Positions 9,201-16,066 of a DNA stretch of 48,730 nt are shown piece after piece; positions within the stretch are counted from its first letter, which is position 1, and each line of letters begins with the position of its first letter. Location of the stretch: contig CAMTYD010000028.1 of the NCBI GenBank assembly GCA_947085915.1, forward strand, positions 1 through 48,730, in the 5' to 3' direction. This DNA is from an uncultured Parcubacteria group bacterium (GTDB taxonomy: Bacteria > Patescibacteriota > Minisyncoccia > Phycocordibacterales > UBA2100). The notes under the pieces are model-generated. The model searched no databases and was not told where the DNA came from. It saw nothing but the letters and a program-made list of their open reading frames with translations. The position numbers were made by a program, and so were the translations under genes.

Positions 9201-10516
9201 ATTTGGTTCAATGAGTTCGCATAGTCGAGTGCTGATCGGTAGTCGGGAAACTTCGCAACGGGGTTGAGCGTCATGCCCTTGATCACTCCTTGATCGAGCG
9301 GAGCAAGACGCTCAAAAGCTGCTGGGCTTAAATCCGCTATTCTATTACCGCCACTGTAGTTGCGATTGCCGCGAAATCCTCCATCATCGTTCGAGACCAC
9401 GTGTATACATTTCCCGCTCGCTGTACATACTTCTACTACCGTATTTACGGGATATCCCGAAGCCATCGATAAGTCCCGCGGACTAATAGGGTTGTTACGA
9501 GTGCCGATGCACGGTCCGCTGTCACCTCCCGTCCCACAGTTGTACCAACTCGCAACTCCGCTTTGCGTCGAACCACATGCAGTACTATCAGCACAACGAA
9601 TAGGTCCAGGCTTTGCTTCAGCTGAAGGAAAGATGGCATCCCCCACGGCCTTGAGACCTTTCTGCGCCGCTTGCGTGTATGGACACCACCAACTGTCGCA
9701 GCCGGAAGGTTGCGTTGTCTGGGTCTCGGAAGCTTCCGGTTGCGCGAATGTGCTGCCGGGAGTACCTTCCGAAGGATTGAAAGTCTGGACTTGAACCGGG
9801 TCTCCGAACGATTGTCCGCTCGCATCGACCGGTGTCATTGTTTGAGAGTTGCCGTCGCCGAAAACCGAAGCGCCCCAACGCTGAAGCGTGGCACCGAGAC
9901 CCGTATCGGAATTTTGTGACGGCGCACCTGAATCGGATTGCAGCTGCTGCTTAATCATGTCGTTGAAACTGTCTGCGCTCGGAGATTGCCAGACATCCTC
10001 TGAAGCTGTGGGTGGATTAAGCGCAGAGTTCAAAATGCCTCCCTGCAAAACACTGTTTCGCCAATCGATTGGGGGCGGCGTTTGCTTTGGCTCTAGTCCG
10101 GCCGGACTAAAAGGAGGGGTCAAAGAATCCGGATTGTTGGTCGGACTATTTTTTGAGGTGTCGACTTGGACGTCCGGCCTTGAAGGATCTTTTCCCTCCG
10201 CTGTTTTTTCTCCTTTGCAAACGCTCGTGCCGACAACACAGTGTCCCCTTACCGGTCCTACGGGCGTTGCCTCGTCACAAATCGCAGGTGCAGGAGGAGT
10301 CTTTTTCTGTGCAATCGCTTCGTCATAGTTTCTTTTATACGCCACACACTCTGATTCCGACTCTCCGTACGCAGGCGCGACGAAAGAGAGGAGGAAACAA
10401 AATCCAACTACACCGAAAACCGCCGCTTTATTGGTTGCGGACATACGTATCAGCTCATTGTAACAGCGCGGCGGCTCATTGAGCCGCCGCGCTGTGGACT
10501 CCCCCTTCATTTTCAA
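3290..10516 (-). CDS. Giant (about 2,400 aa) secreted or membrane-anchored surface protein with an RlpA-like DPBB domain, internal repeats and a C-terminal beta-rich module
   Basis: Single uninterrupted 7.2-kb ORF. N-terminal hydrophobic segment AAVFGVVGFCFLLSFVAPAYG. Residues ~318-420 read GVASWYNCG...VSNDDGGF...IADLSPAAFERL (RlpA/DPBB pattern). Long P/T/S/Q-rich linkers and two ~255-aa tandem repeats. Start is uncertain: TTG 10516, ATG 10510 or ATG 10444. Confidence 0.85.
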   Translation of the reverse strand: MKMKGESTARRLNEPPRCYNELIRMSATNKAAVFGVVGFCFLLSFVAPAYGESESECVAYKRNYDEAIAQKKTPPAPAICDEATPVGPVRGHCVVGTSVCKGEKTAEGKDPSRPDVQVDTSKNSPTNNPDSLTPPFSPAGLEPKQTPPPIDWRNSVLQGGILNSALNPPTASEDVWQSPSADSFNDMIKQQLQSDSGAPSQNSDTGLGATLQRWGASVFGDGNSQTMTPVDASGQSFGDPVQVQTFNPSEGTPGSTFAQPEASETQTTQPSGCDSWWCPYTQAAQKGLKAVGDAIFPSAEAKPGPIRCADSTACGSTQSGVASWYNCGTGGDSGPCIGTRNNPISPRDLSMASGYPVNTVVEVCTASGKCIHVVSNDDGGFRGNRNYSGGNRIADLSPAAFERLAPLDQGVIKGMTLNPVAKFPDYRSALDYANSLNQIPVPQGNPLRAAESAINASASSFYSDYDLPSGQSVTQQFLDASSQQIQSNVLAYANETFTAAQANPDFSTSGDTGIAVDTSSGGTGNQASAPDNFVPNQNPDFSTSGDTGIAAVTSDSLLSRPVTARTRSLVDFNAYSPASSASNDPFATSDELESIAESNQLNRDRVAAETPSWLQAANEFVNDPGRAIADAAQSFVQESRSILDNFQSNFNLANAPGDTVGSALDGQNTDLENSLAAQERIRNASNDSVGGALDQQEYAASLYDQAQRFASDPFLTDAEFSDLQEQRLQQDIKDAYDARLVLADEQEKVSNDLADTEKAGGISPFTGPEPIELATEKPTPKVNPLEGLILSKSELTPTQIIEANKRRLGDAFDDIEVQGAFVDQYRAQVITAAKDRIDATQQKLDELPLPADQTLEQAQEHKNLKASIDNDEALIARQTEILKAPFAKMTTEQLQDQVNNYKSVVNGHSRDTPGIVAGAYARLDMLQDMVDTRNRDVIASIDATAAQGRLDNPVFSHGGPIGTVEFLHAEQTISEMVAQGRLDSNSSLLTPVTYTPWLDRLEDAPPVDFSKLQLIGAREPQGDLSSATPGAIPSAEVIVSDAKPLSGPDARPPLSSDFETFEFKPTNVKPTPFADATQQYFERTGSSLPPAGSEPLTPEQAAGLNPTEISGKLPDTQKTTTVTPQQDPNVTLAEQRVSNLAGKIEHLQTLLNRNEQNPETLAAAKAAVRAALASAERTTPGLEGTGSNMGDIAQADRELKGLSQALDNSNLSKGQIQAKLNDARVAIRDWDQALPDRPAPYKVTTTIPGAAFSHSIPPMTAGEGVTFADAYSQYQNALTPNNSVPTAHWEPQYAAEIDTQFPSQTPNQTPSVASNDAPPLFNGDGRPVSYTDATQRYFSATGEPLTAEQAERLNETTVTSRQPDTVKTTTTTEPKSPAVIAAENAVDNLAGRVNNMKNVLEGALNTGKLDWKAGVGSINAAQKALAQANATIAGLEGTDSDLSDIRAASTRLNKMSSDLNQLKDALGTYPTDMVVGGMQGKASEMKGMLNSTVSQVSLWSNALPDEPTPKTITTTIPGATFTHNIPAIAAAEPFAYPEAAAQYAQYSNTQFASNWEPQPVVANETEVQQTFDRIFVDPQEYAQVQPSGGINYSGDPEQTSVATQTPAPGSQSLSDEPSLGRVLDENNPPIVDRQPTNAEISAGVPMPETVNKQEEVIRKLLSEQSTALQNMSATLSDDAVARGMSACASAPSGRTCRTYQTYAVAVQTEQAKYDVISRNYDALLAYKNGGELSPDLTQSLATMAKGQGPTSAAFDAYAKPYLEAAGGWWEPISEAYKKGEWGDLALESWRTVPAAGNLLWGGLTKEAKIAAEEFAPDSFGFNPTVDEAARCGAVGQGTCTLEAVGHGANVIGAAWVVKDIAQLTPKLLTLPGRVSESVFTRAGSELTDLAAGTAPRVAVETQLPGGVRMQQWADDFDVPRNVANDNIPLIDAQAARLTPGTAGAEADGIAAGTSQQVPRGNTTQVFQNPGDDIARVANDNAVLPRAAEPPPLPRTEPAPGTIADVVPEVPTTPVAETTWWESTRDFFGFGKKEPKTTPIVEEIIPFGEVPEGVRPVVRDFELPRTSEVTPSPLPRTEPAPRTETLADVVDSGIPGPAPRFDLNPVLTAEPAAAEAAVPKPSWVGSVGRWAWDHPKTTLGGLGVLAAKPTVDAIVANSGDVPPPSATVTPSSGAGKPVPTAAAPGEDTTSGPPTGAGSPPPAGGVVPPKDGTVVSPPGGVKPPVVPRVTHEGADAVDPPPYKPPVIEPDPRRPGGAQQVPDNSNPSVPSPTNQQGSGGQGGGIGGFFSGLMSALSNLFGGSQSSQPTPTTPATKPPVTTPPAATSTVAKPFATLIANPPTILSGKKSRLMWSSINTSSCELFATNNLSLAKGIRGSTSTSALTATTIFRLDCSASSGATTSSRATVTVQ
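5921..7303 (-). repeat. In-frame tandem duplication inside the giant ORF (unit 1 about 6728-7303, unit 2 about 5921-6538)
   Basis: Protein segments aa ~1072-1263 and ~1327-1532 align. Examples: DATQQYFERTG/DATQRYFSATG, PDTQKTTTVTP/PDTVKTTTTTEP, VSNLAGKIEHLQTLL/VDNLAGRVNNMKNVL, TPGLEGTGSNMGDI/IAGLEGTDSDLSDI, ALPDRPAPYKVTTTIPGAAFSHSIP/ALPDEPTPKTITTTIPGATFTHNIP. Confidence 0.85.
8867..9010 (-). repeat. Short in-frame repeat in the giant ORF (NPDFSTSGDTGIA twice)
   Basis: aa 503-515 and 538-550 are identical at protein level and near-identical at DNA level (atcgcctgaggt[c/a]gagaa[a/g]tc[a/g]ggatt). Confidence 0.8.
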
Positions 10517-10531
10517 ACAAAGTTTGCTTTC

Positions 10532-11569
10532 CTAGAATCTATTCAAGAAATTTTGCAATTGTCCTGCAGCCCAACCCCAGAAACCGGGATTCACTTGGGT
10601 GCTTTCACCTGAATTTGTAGTTGCGCCTGCGCTGCTCTGAGCGCCGAACCCTGTTACTTCCGCTGATATCTGCTTCTGCGTTCCCTCTATCGATACTGGA
10701 GGCACTGCTTGTACGCCCGTTGAGTCCACATACTTCACGACATCCGTAGTTCCGACTCCGTATGTAGTATTTCCGCTGAAACTCTTCCCTATCTCCTGGA
10801 CTGTATTCGTTACCGTATTGACCGTGGTCGCTGCAGCATCGGAGGCTCCTTTTGCCAACGTCCTCACGATTGCAATCCATGAAGCCGGTTTTCGAGTGGG
10901 CTCCGGTTCCGGAGTGGTAGTCGGAGGAGTCTTGTCTTCTTTTGTCGGAGTATCCGCACCTATGCATCCTTCAGCAGTGGGGTCGAGAAGACAAGCGACT
11001 CGAGTGTCCTTTTGAGGACACGGCTGACCTTTTTCATCTACACCACCCACGACACCTTCTTTACAAGTACCAGGGGGCGGTTGACCCCCTCCGGGTGGGC
11101 TGTCCTTGGGTTCCGGCATCTTTGGCAACTCCGGCATCTTGCCGTCGCCCTTTCCCTTCTCCTCCTCTTTCTGCTTCTCCTTGCCAGGATCATTTTTATC
11201 CGTCGCCTCGTCGGCATTACCTTTGCAAGACAGTAAACATTTACACGTACCAGAAATGGTTTTACTACCTGGAGCGGGCTGACCGCATTTCATTTCGAGA
11301 CCACCGGGCTTTTGCTTCTTGGGACATTTCTCTTTTGGAGTTCCAAACGGGCAGGTGTAGTCATATTGGTCATTGCACTGTAAATCCGCGGGCTGTGTAC
11401 CAGGCTCACATGAAGCCGGCTTCAACGCCAAAGCAAACTGACTATCCCGCGAGGCACTTATTCCGACGGTGCCGATGCCCATACTCACCAGAAAGACACC
11501 CACAAGGGCGAGTGTCCTCGGCGACCAGATTTTGAGACCCTTTTTCTTGCGTGGACGGGCAGCCGTCAT
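10532..11569 (-). CDS. Secreted or anchored Cys-rich, Pro/Lys/Glu-rich protein of unknown function
   Basis: 345-aa ORF. A basic N-terminus is followed by the TM segment LALVGVFLVSMGIGTVGI. There are about 16 Cys in two clusters (CEPG..C..C..C..C..CKC..SC and TCKEG..C..C..C), a charged KEKQKEEEKGKGDGK linker and a T/S/G-rich C-terminal half. It lies 15 nt upstream of the giant ORF on the same strand. Confidence 0.75.
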   Translation of the reverse strand: MTAARPRKKKGLKIWSPRTLALVGVFLVSMGIGTVGISASRDSQFALALKPASCEPGTQPADLQCNDQYDYTCPFGTPKEKCPKKQKPGGLEMKCGQPAPGSKTISGTCKCLLSCKGNADEATDKNDPGKEKQKEEEKGKGDGKMPELPKMPEPKDSPPGGGQPPPGTCKEGVVGGVDEKGQPCPQKDTRVACLLDPTAEGCIGADTPTKEDKTPPTTTPEPEPTRKPASWIAIVRTLAKGASDAAATTVNTVTNTVQEIGKSFSGNTTYGVGTTDVVKYVDSTGVQAVPPVSIEGTQKQISAEVTGFGAQSSAGATTNSGESTQVNPGFWGWAAGQLQNFLNRF

Positions 11570-11625
11570 ATGACAGTAACTCTAACATGGCCAATTGCGA
11601 GCAACCACATAACGCCAAGCGAGGT

Positions 11626-11715
11626 CGACAGGGTATTTTGGAGACCCCGCAAGGCTTGGCCTGAGGACAGTACATTTTTCAGCAGAAAAATGTTGTTCTC
11701 CAAAATACCCTGTCG
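11626..11715. repeat. 19-bp perfect inverted repeat enclosing a nested 8-bp hairpin, between groEL stop and the Cys-rich gene start
   Basis: cgacagggtattttggaga (11626-11644) is the exact reverse complement of tctccaaaataccctgtcg (11697-11715). Inside it, acattttt (11672-11679) pairs with aaaaatgt (11686-11693). Confidence 0.85.
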
Positions 11716-11726
11716 CCGAGCGATTT

Positions 11727-13367
11727 TTAATAGTCTCCCCCCATACCACCGTCCCCTGCAGGAGCTGCTTTCTTTTCTTCTGGAATATCAGCTACTGCCG
11801 CTTCGGTCGTAAGCAGTACGGCAGCTGCGGACGCAGCATTCTCTACTCCTGAACGGGTGACCTTGACCGGGTCGATGATGCCCGCTTCGTACATGTCCAC
11901 GATTTCATTTGTTGCCGCGTTGTAGCCCTTGGTGCCGCCGCCGGAAATTTCCGCGAGAATAACCATCTCATCTTCCCGTCCCGCATTGCGGACAATTTGT
12001 TTGAAAGGAGCCGAAAGCGCTCCCACCAAAATACTGTAGCCTACCGCATGTTCGTCACTGTGAGATTTGATGAGCCCTTCGGAATTCTTCGCCAGTTTTG
12101 CCGCGACCTTCGCGAGCGCCGTACCACCACCCGGGATAATCCCCTCCGCGATAGCGGCTTTCGTCGCGTTGACCGCATCTTCGATTTTGTCTTTCAAGTA
12201 TTTCATTTCCGTCTCAGTCGCGGCACCCACGCGGATGACGGCGACACCGCCCGAGAGCTTCGCAATACGCTCTTCGATTTTTTCCTTGTCGAACTTTGAA
12301 TCAGTATTTCCGAGCTGAGCACGCAATTGTTGTACGCGCGCATGGATATCCGCCTTCTTTCCTTTGCCGCCGACGATGACGGTGTTGTCTTTAGTGGCCA
12401 CAACGCGTGCCGCGCGTCCAAGCATCGAGAGCTCTGCCTTTTCAAGACTGATGCCGAGGTCTTCTGTGATTACCTGTGCACCGACGGTTGTCGCAATATC
12501 CGACAGCATCTCTTTCTTGCGGTCGCCGTATCCCGGAGCCTTCACGGCGAGGACACTAAAAGCGCCGCGAAGTTTGTTGACGATGAATGTCGCAAGCGCT
12601 TCCCCGTCGACATCTTCCGCGATAATCACAAGCTCCTTCTTTCCTGATTGAGCGATTTTCTCGAGGAGCGGAAGAATTTCTTTAATCGTAGAAATCTTTT
12701 TGTCCGTAATGAGGACGGGCACATCTTTTGCCTCCGCTTCCATCCGTTCGGCATTCGTAATCAAGTACGCAGAGACGTAGCCCTTATCGAATTCCATTCC
12801 TTCTACGAAATCAGACTCGATGCCGATTGATTGCGATTCTTCTACCGTGACGACGCCGTCCTTACCGACTTTTTCCACGATATCCGCGATGGTGCGGCCA
12901 AGCTCTTCAGATTCAGCCGAGATACTTGCCACCTGTCTGATTTCCACCTTGCCCTTTACTTCACGTGCCATCTTTTTGAGCTCGGTAACTGCGTCCTTTG
13001 CAGCGTGTTCGATTCCTCGGCGCACCACCATCGAATTCGCTCCCATTGCCATCCTGCGGAGACCTTCGTGGACGATTGCCTGAAGAAGCACGACGGCAGT
13101 CGTCGTACCGTCTCCCGCCTTATCATTCGTCTTTGTCGCGACCTCTTTCACGATTGAGGCGCCCATGTTTTCAAATTTGTCTGCGAGCGTGATTTCTTTC
13201 GCGATGGAGACGCCGTCATTCGTAATAGTCGGTCCGCCCCACGACTTGTCGAGTGCAACATTGCGACCCTTCGGCCCGAGCGTAACGCGCACCGCGCCTG
13301 CGACTATATCCACGCCTTTTTTGAGAGCGGCGCGAACTTCTGTGTCAAATAGTACTTGTTTTGCCAT
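11727..13367 (-). CDS. groL: Chaperonin GroEL (Cpn60)
   Basis: MAKQVLFD...LGPKGRNV...DGTTTA...AIAEGIIPGGG, with a C-terminal GDGGMGGDY tail; 546 aa. Confidence 0.97.
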   Translation of the reverse strand: MAKQVLFDTEVRAALKKGVDIVAGAVRVTLGPKGRNVALDKSWGGPTITNDGVSIAKEITLADKFENMGASIVKEVATKTNDKAGDGTTTAVVLLQAIVHEGLRRMAMGANSMVVRRGIEHAAKDAVTELKKMAREVKGKVEIRQVASISAESEELGRTIADIVEKVGKDGVVTVEESQSIGIESDFVEGMEFDKGYVSAYLITNAERMEAEAKDVPVLITDKKISTIKEILPLLEKIAQSGKKELVIIAEDVDGEALATFIVNKLRGAFSVLAVKAPGYGDRKKEMLSDIATTVGAQVITEDLGISLEKAELSMLGRAARVVATKDNTVIVGGKGKKADIHARVQQLRAQLGNTDSKFDKEKIEERIAKLSGGVAVIRVGAATETEMKYLKDKIEDAVNATKAAIAEGIIPGGGTALAKVAAKLAKNSEGLIKSHSDEHAVGYSILVGALSAPFKQIVRNAGREDEMVILAEISGGGTKGYNAATNEIVDMYEAGIIDPVKVTRSGVENAASAAAVLLTTEAAVADIPEEKKAAPAGDGGMGGDY

Positions 13368-13408
13368 AAGAATAGTTGTTAGCCATTAGGTTTTAGCCAA
13401 TAGAAGAA

Positions 13409-13735
13409 TTACTTAATAACGGCGAGGATGTTCTTCTCTTCGACGAGGAAATATTCTTCGTCCTTGTCCCCCATGTCGACTTCGTTGTCCCAACCGGAAT
13501 TAAAAATAACTTTTGCACCCGCCTTGACCGTCATCGGAATGAGGTCGCCTTCGTCTCCATAACGGCCGGGACCGACTGCAATGACGACACCGAGTTTGGA
13601 TTGCTCTTTCTTTGCGGTATCGGGAATGATGATGCCTCCGGGCGATTTCATATCAGGAGTATCCTCGCGGCGGACCAAGACGCGGTCAGCGAGCGGTTGG
13701 ATAGTGCTCTTAGGATTTTTTGTCTCTTTTTTCAT
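13409..13735 (-). CDS. groS: Co-chaperonin GroES (Cpn10) with short N-terminal extension
   Basis: IQPLADRVLVRR...GGIIIPDTAKKEQSKLGVVIAVGPG...EEYFLVEEKNILAVI. It lies directly upstream of groEL. Confidence 0.93.
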   Translation of the reverse strand: MKKETKNPKSTIQPLADRVLVRREDTPDMKSPGGIIIPDTAKKEQSKLGVVIAVGPGRYGDEGDLIPMTVKAGAKVIFNSGWDNEVDMGDKDEEYFLVEEKNILAVIK

Positions 13736-13742
13736 ATTGTAT

Positions 13743-13748
13743 TTTATA
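13743..13748 (-). promoter_or_regulatory. Candidate -10 box (TATAAA) 7 nt upstream of the groES ATG
   Basis: The minus strand reads tataaa-atacaat-ATG with no SD. The same geometry recurs at several other operon-first genes. Confidence 0.3.
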
Positions 13749-13924
13749 AATCCGATAATGTAGCCGCGCGGAGTTTTCCGCGATGGGTTCCCGATGTATC
13801 AAAGAGCCGCATGCCTCTTTGTAATAAATCGCAATCCCGAGGTAACCCGAGGGGCTCAATATAGAGAAAATAGACACATGGGTCAAGCGCGATAGCCATC
13901 TTGCACTTCTTCATTCTTTGGGCT

Positions 13925-14170
13925 ATGATGCCCGCGATGGTTTGGCTCCTCACAGCGCTTCCATATATACAGATCGTCCTCTCGATCGCCCTTATCGTTG
14001 CCATACTATTGCAGCGCACGGGTGCTTCGATGGGCGGAGCATTCGGTGCGGACAACTTCTCGTCGGGTTTCCATACGCGCCGCGGTTTGGAACGCACCCT
14101 GTTTCATGTTACTATCGCACTCGGTATCCTCTTCGCACTCTCGGCACTCATTAATTTAATAATCAGCTAA
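13925..14170 (+). CDS. secG: Preprotein translocase subunit SecG
   Basis: Two-TM small protein with LIVAILLQRTGASMGGAFG..FSS, which is SecG-like. The ORF opens at TTG 13901; ATG 13925 is chosen as the start. Confidence 0.75.
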   Translation: MMPAMVWLLTALPYIQIVLSIALIVAILLQRTGASMGGAFGADNFSSGFHTRRGLERTLFHVTIALGILFALSALINLIIS

Positions 14171-14177
14171 GCGCCTA

Positions 14178-14213
14178 CGCGCATATCCGCCCCTTGGGCG
14201 GACACATATGCGG
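14178..14213 (+). terminator. Imperfect GC-rich hairpin after secG (no U-tract)
   Basis: cgcgcatatccgccc-cttg-ggcgga(caca)tatgcg. The stem tccgccc/gggcgga has an extended, bulged lower stem. Confidence 0.25.
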
Positions 14214-16037
14214 GAGCGCAGTCGCTCTATGGATTTCGATTACGACTCCCTACCAGAGAAAACTCAAAATTTGAAAAAAACGCTCGTCGAAAAGCGTTCT
14301 CTCTGGCGCGTCGGCAATGTGGAGTCCCTCCTCCGCGCACTCTCGCCGAGCGAGCGCCTTGCCCTCTATGTCCTCACTATTCTGTTGAGCGTCTCAGCCC
14401 TGGCACTTCTCGCAGGACTAAATTCTTCGGTATCGGTAACGATTCCCGCGACCGGCGGAGAACTCATTGAAGGACAAGTGGGCTCCGCCCGTTTCATTAA
14501 TCCGATACTCACCATCTCGCAGGCTGATGAAGACCTCTCGAAGCTCGTGTACTCAGGATTGACCCGTACGCTTCCCGAAGGTGTAGTTCCCGACCTAGCG
14601 GAAAGTTATTGGATTTCCGAGGACGGCCTGACGTACACCTTTACCTTGCGTCCGGATGCGACATTTCAGGATGGTACGCCGGTAACCGCCGAGGACGTGC
14701 TCTTCACCGTCGCTGCTGCACAAAATCCCGAAATAAAGAGCCCGCGTCGTGCGGACTGGGAAGGCGTACAGGTATCATCTCCTGACCCACGCACTATCGT
14801 TTTCAAACTTGCCGGCGCATATGCACCCTTCATCGAGAACACCGCGCTCGGTATTCTCCCCAAACACATCTGGCAGAATGTCCCGGCCGGAGAGTTCGCT
14901 TTTAGCCCGGTAAACACACACCCTATCGGCAGTGGACCATTTCAGATTGAAAAGGTGCTCACTGATGCAACAGGCTCAGCAACGCGGTACGAACTCCTGC
15001 CATTCAAGAATTTTGCGCTTGGCAAACCGCACCTTGAACGCATCACCTTTATCTTTTACCCAAATCAAGAGGAGATGCTCAAGGCATTTGATGCGGGCAA
15101 GATAGACGCCGTTGCGGGAGTAACCCCCGCGGATCTTTCGAACCTCAAGCGGACTGATTTTGATTTCGCGCATGTGGCATTGCCGAGAGTATTCGGAGTC
15201 TTTTTCAATCAAAGCCGTGCGGCGGTACTTGCCGACCCTTCAGTGCGTGCCGCACTTGAAGCGGCAATAGATAAGCAGAACATTGTTGATTCTATATTGG
15301 GCGGCTATGGTGCCCTCCTCGAAGGACCTATCCCGCCCGGGGCTATTGGCAATACGTTGCCCGCAGTTCCTACCTCATACAGCGCGCGTCCGCAAAATTC
15401 AGCAACCATGGAGGTGTCGACCACGACGACAGAAGCGGCGGCTAAGATTCTCAGAAGCGGCGGCTGGACGTTTGACGAAGCGAACGGGGTGTGGACGAAA
15501 AAGAAACTCGAACTTTCTTTCACTATCGCAACTGCCGATGAACCTGAGCTTGTGGCTACGGTGAACGCACTCGCAGAGGCCTGGCGTGCCGCAGGCATTA
15601 AGGTGACGGTACAGATATATTCCCTTTCAGAATTGAACACGACGGTGATTCGTCCGCGTTCCTATGATGCGATACTCTTCGGCGAAGTCGTTGGGCGCAC
15701 CGCAGACCTGTTTGCCTTCTGGCATTCTTCTCAGCGTAACGATCCGGGACTCAACCTCGCGCTGTACACAAATTTGCGCGTCGATTCGCTCCTTACCCAA
15801 GCGCGCACCACGAACGACCCTCAGGAACGCGAAAAACTCTACTCGCAATTTTCAGCAGCGGTTGTGAAAGATGCCCCCGCACTCTTCCTGTACGCACCGG
15901 AATTCTTGTACCTAGTGCCGCACGCCATGCACGGTGTCGCCCTCGGCGCCCTCACCACCCCGTCCGAACGGTTCTTGAATGTGTATCAGTGGTACACAGA
16001 CACAGAAAAAGTGTGGAGCATCTTCTCTCGTAACTAA
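14208..16037 (+). CDS. ABC transporter substrate-binding protein, family 5 (peptide/nickel, OppA/DppA-like), membrane-anchored
   Basis: N-terminal TM segment LALYVLTILLSVSALALLAGL is followed by a ~530-aa SBP_bac_5-like body (LVYSGLTR...YTFTLRPDATFQDGTPVTAEDV...NP..IGSGPF). No permease or ATPase gene is adjacent. An alternative start is ATG 14229. Confidence 0.8.
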   Translation: MRERSRSMDFDYDSLPEKTQNLKKTLVEKRSLWRVGNVESLLRALSPSERLALYVLTILLSVSALALLAGLNSSVSVTIPATGGELIEGQVGSARFINPILTISQADEDLSKLVYSGLTRTLPEGVVPDLAESYWISEDGLTYTFTLRPDATFQDGTPVTAEDVLFTVAAAQNPEIKSPRRADWEGVQVSSPDPRTIVFKLAGAYAPFIENTALGILPKHIWQNVPAGEFAFSPVNTHPIGSGPFQIEKVLTDATGSATRYELLPFKNFALGKPHLERITFIFYPNQEEMLKAFDAGKIDAVAGVTPADLSNLKRTDFDFAHVALPRVFGVFFNQSRAAVLADPSVRAALEAAIDKQNIVDSILGGYGALLEGPIPPGAIGNTLPAVPTSYSARPQNSATMEVSTTTTEAAAKILRSGGWTFDEANGVWTKKKLELSFTIATADEPELVATVNALAEAWRAAGIKVTVQIYSLSELNTTVIRPRSYDAILFGEVVGRTADLFAFWHSSQRNDPGLNLALYTNLRVDSLLTQARTTNDPQEREKLYSQFSAAVVKDAPALFLYAPEFLYLVPHAMHGVALGALTTPSERFLNVYQWYTDTEKVWSIFSRN

Positions 16038-16066
16038 TTATTCGAATATTTATTAATACATATTTT

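Noticed and set aside
11570-11812. An 80-aa plus-strand ORF spanning the groEL-downstream intergenic region
   Set aside because: It is composed of the inverted-repeat element plus the antisense of the groEL 3' end. It has no plausible start context, and the structured repeat explains the sequence better.
13736-13900. A CIRCE (TTAGCACTC-N9-GAGTGCTAA) heat-shock operator upstream of groES
   Set aside because: No match to the CIRCE consensus appears in either the groES upstream region or the groES-groEL spacer. The only palindrome is caaagag-N8-ctctttg (13800-13821), which is short and unrelated to CIRCE. It is noted but not called as an operator.
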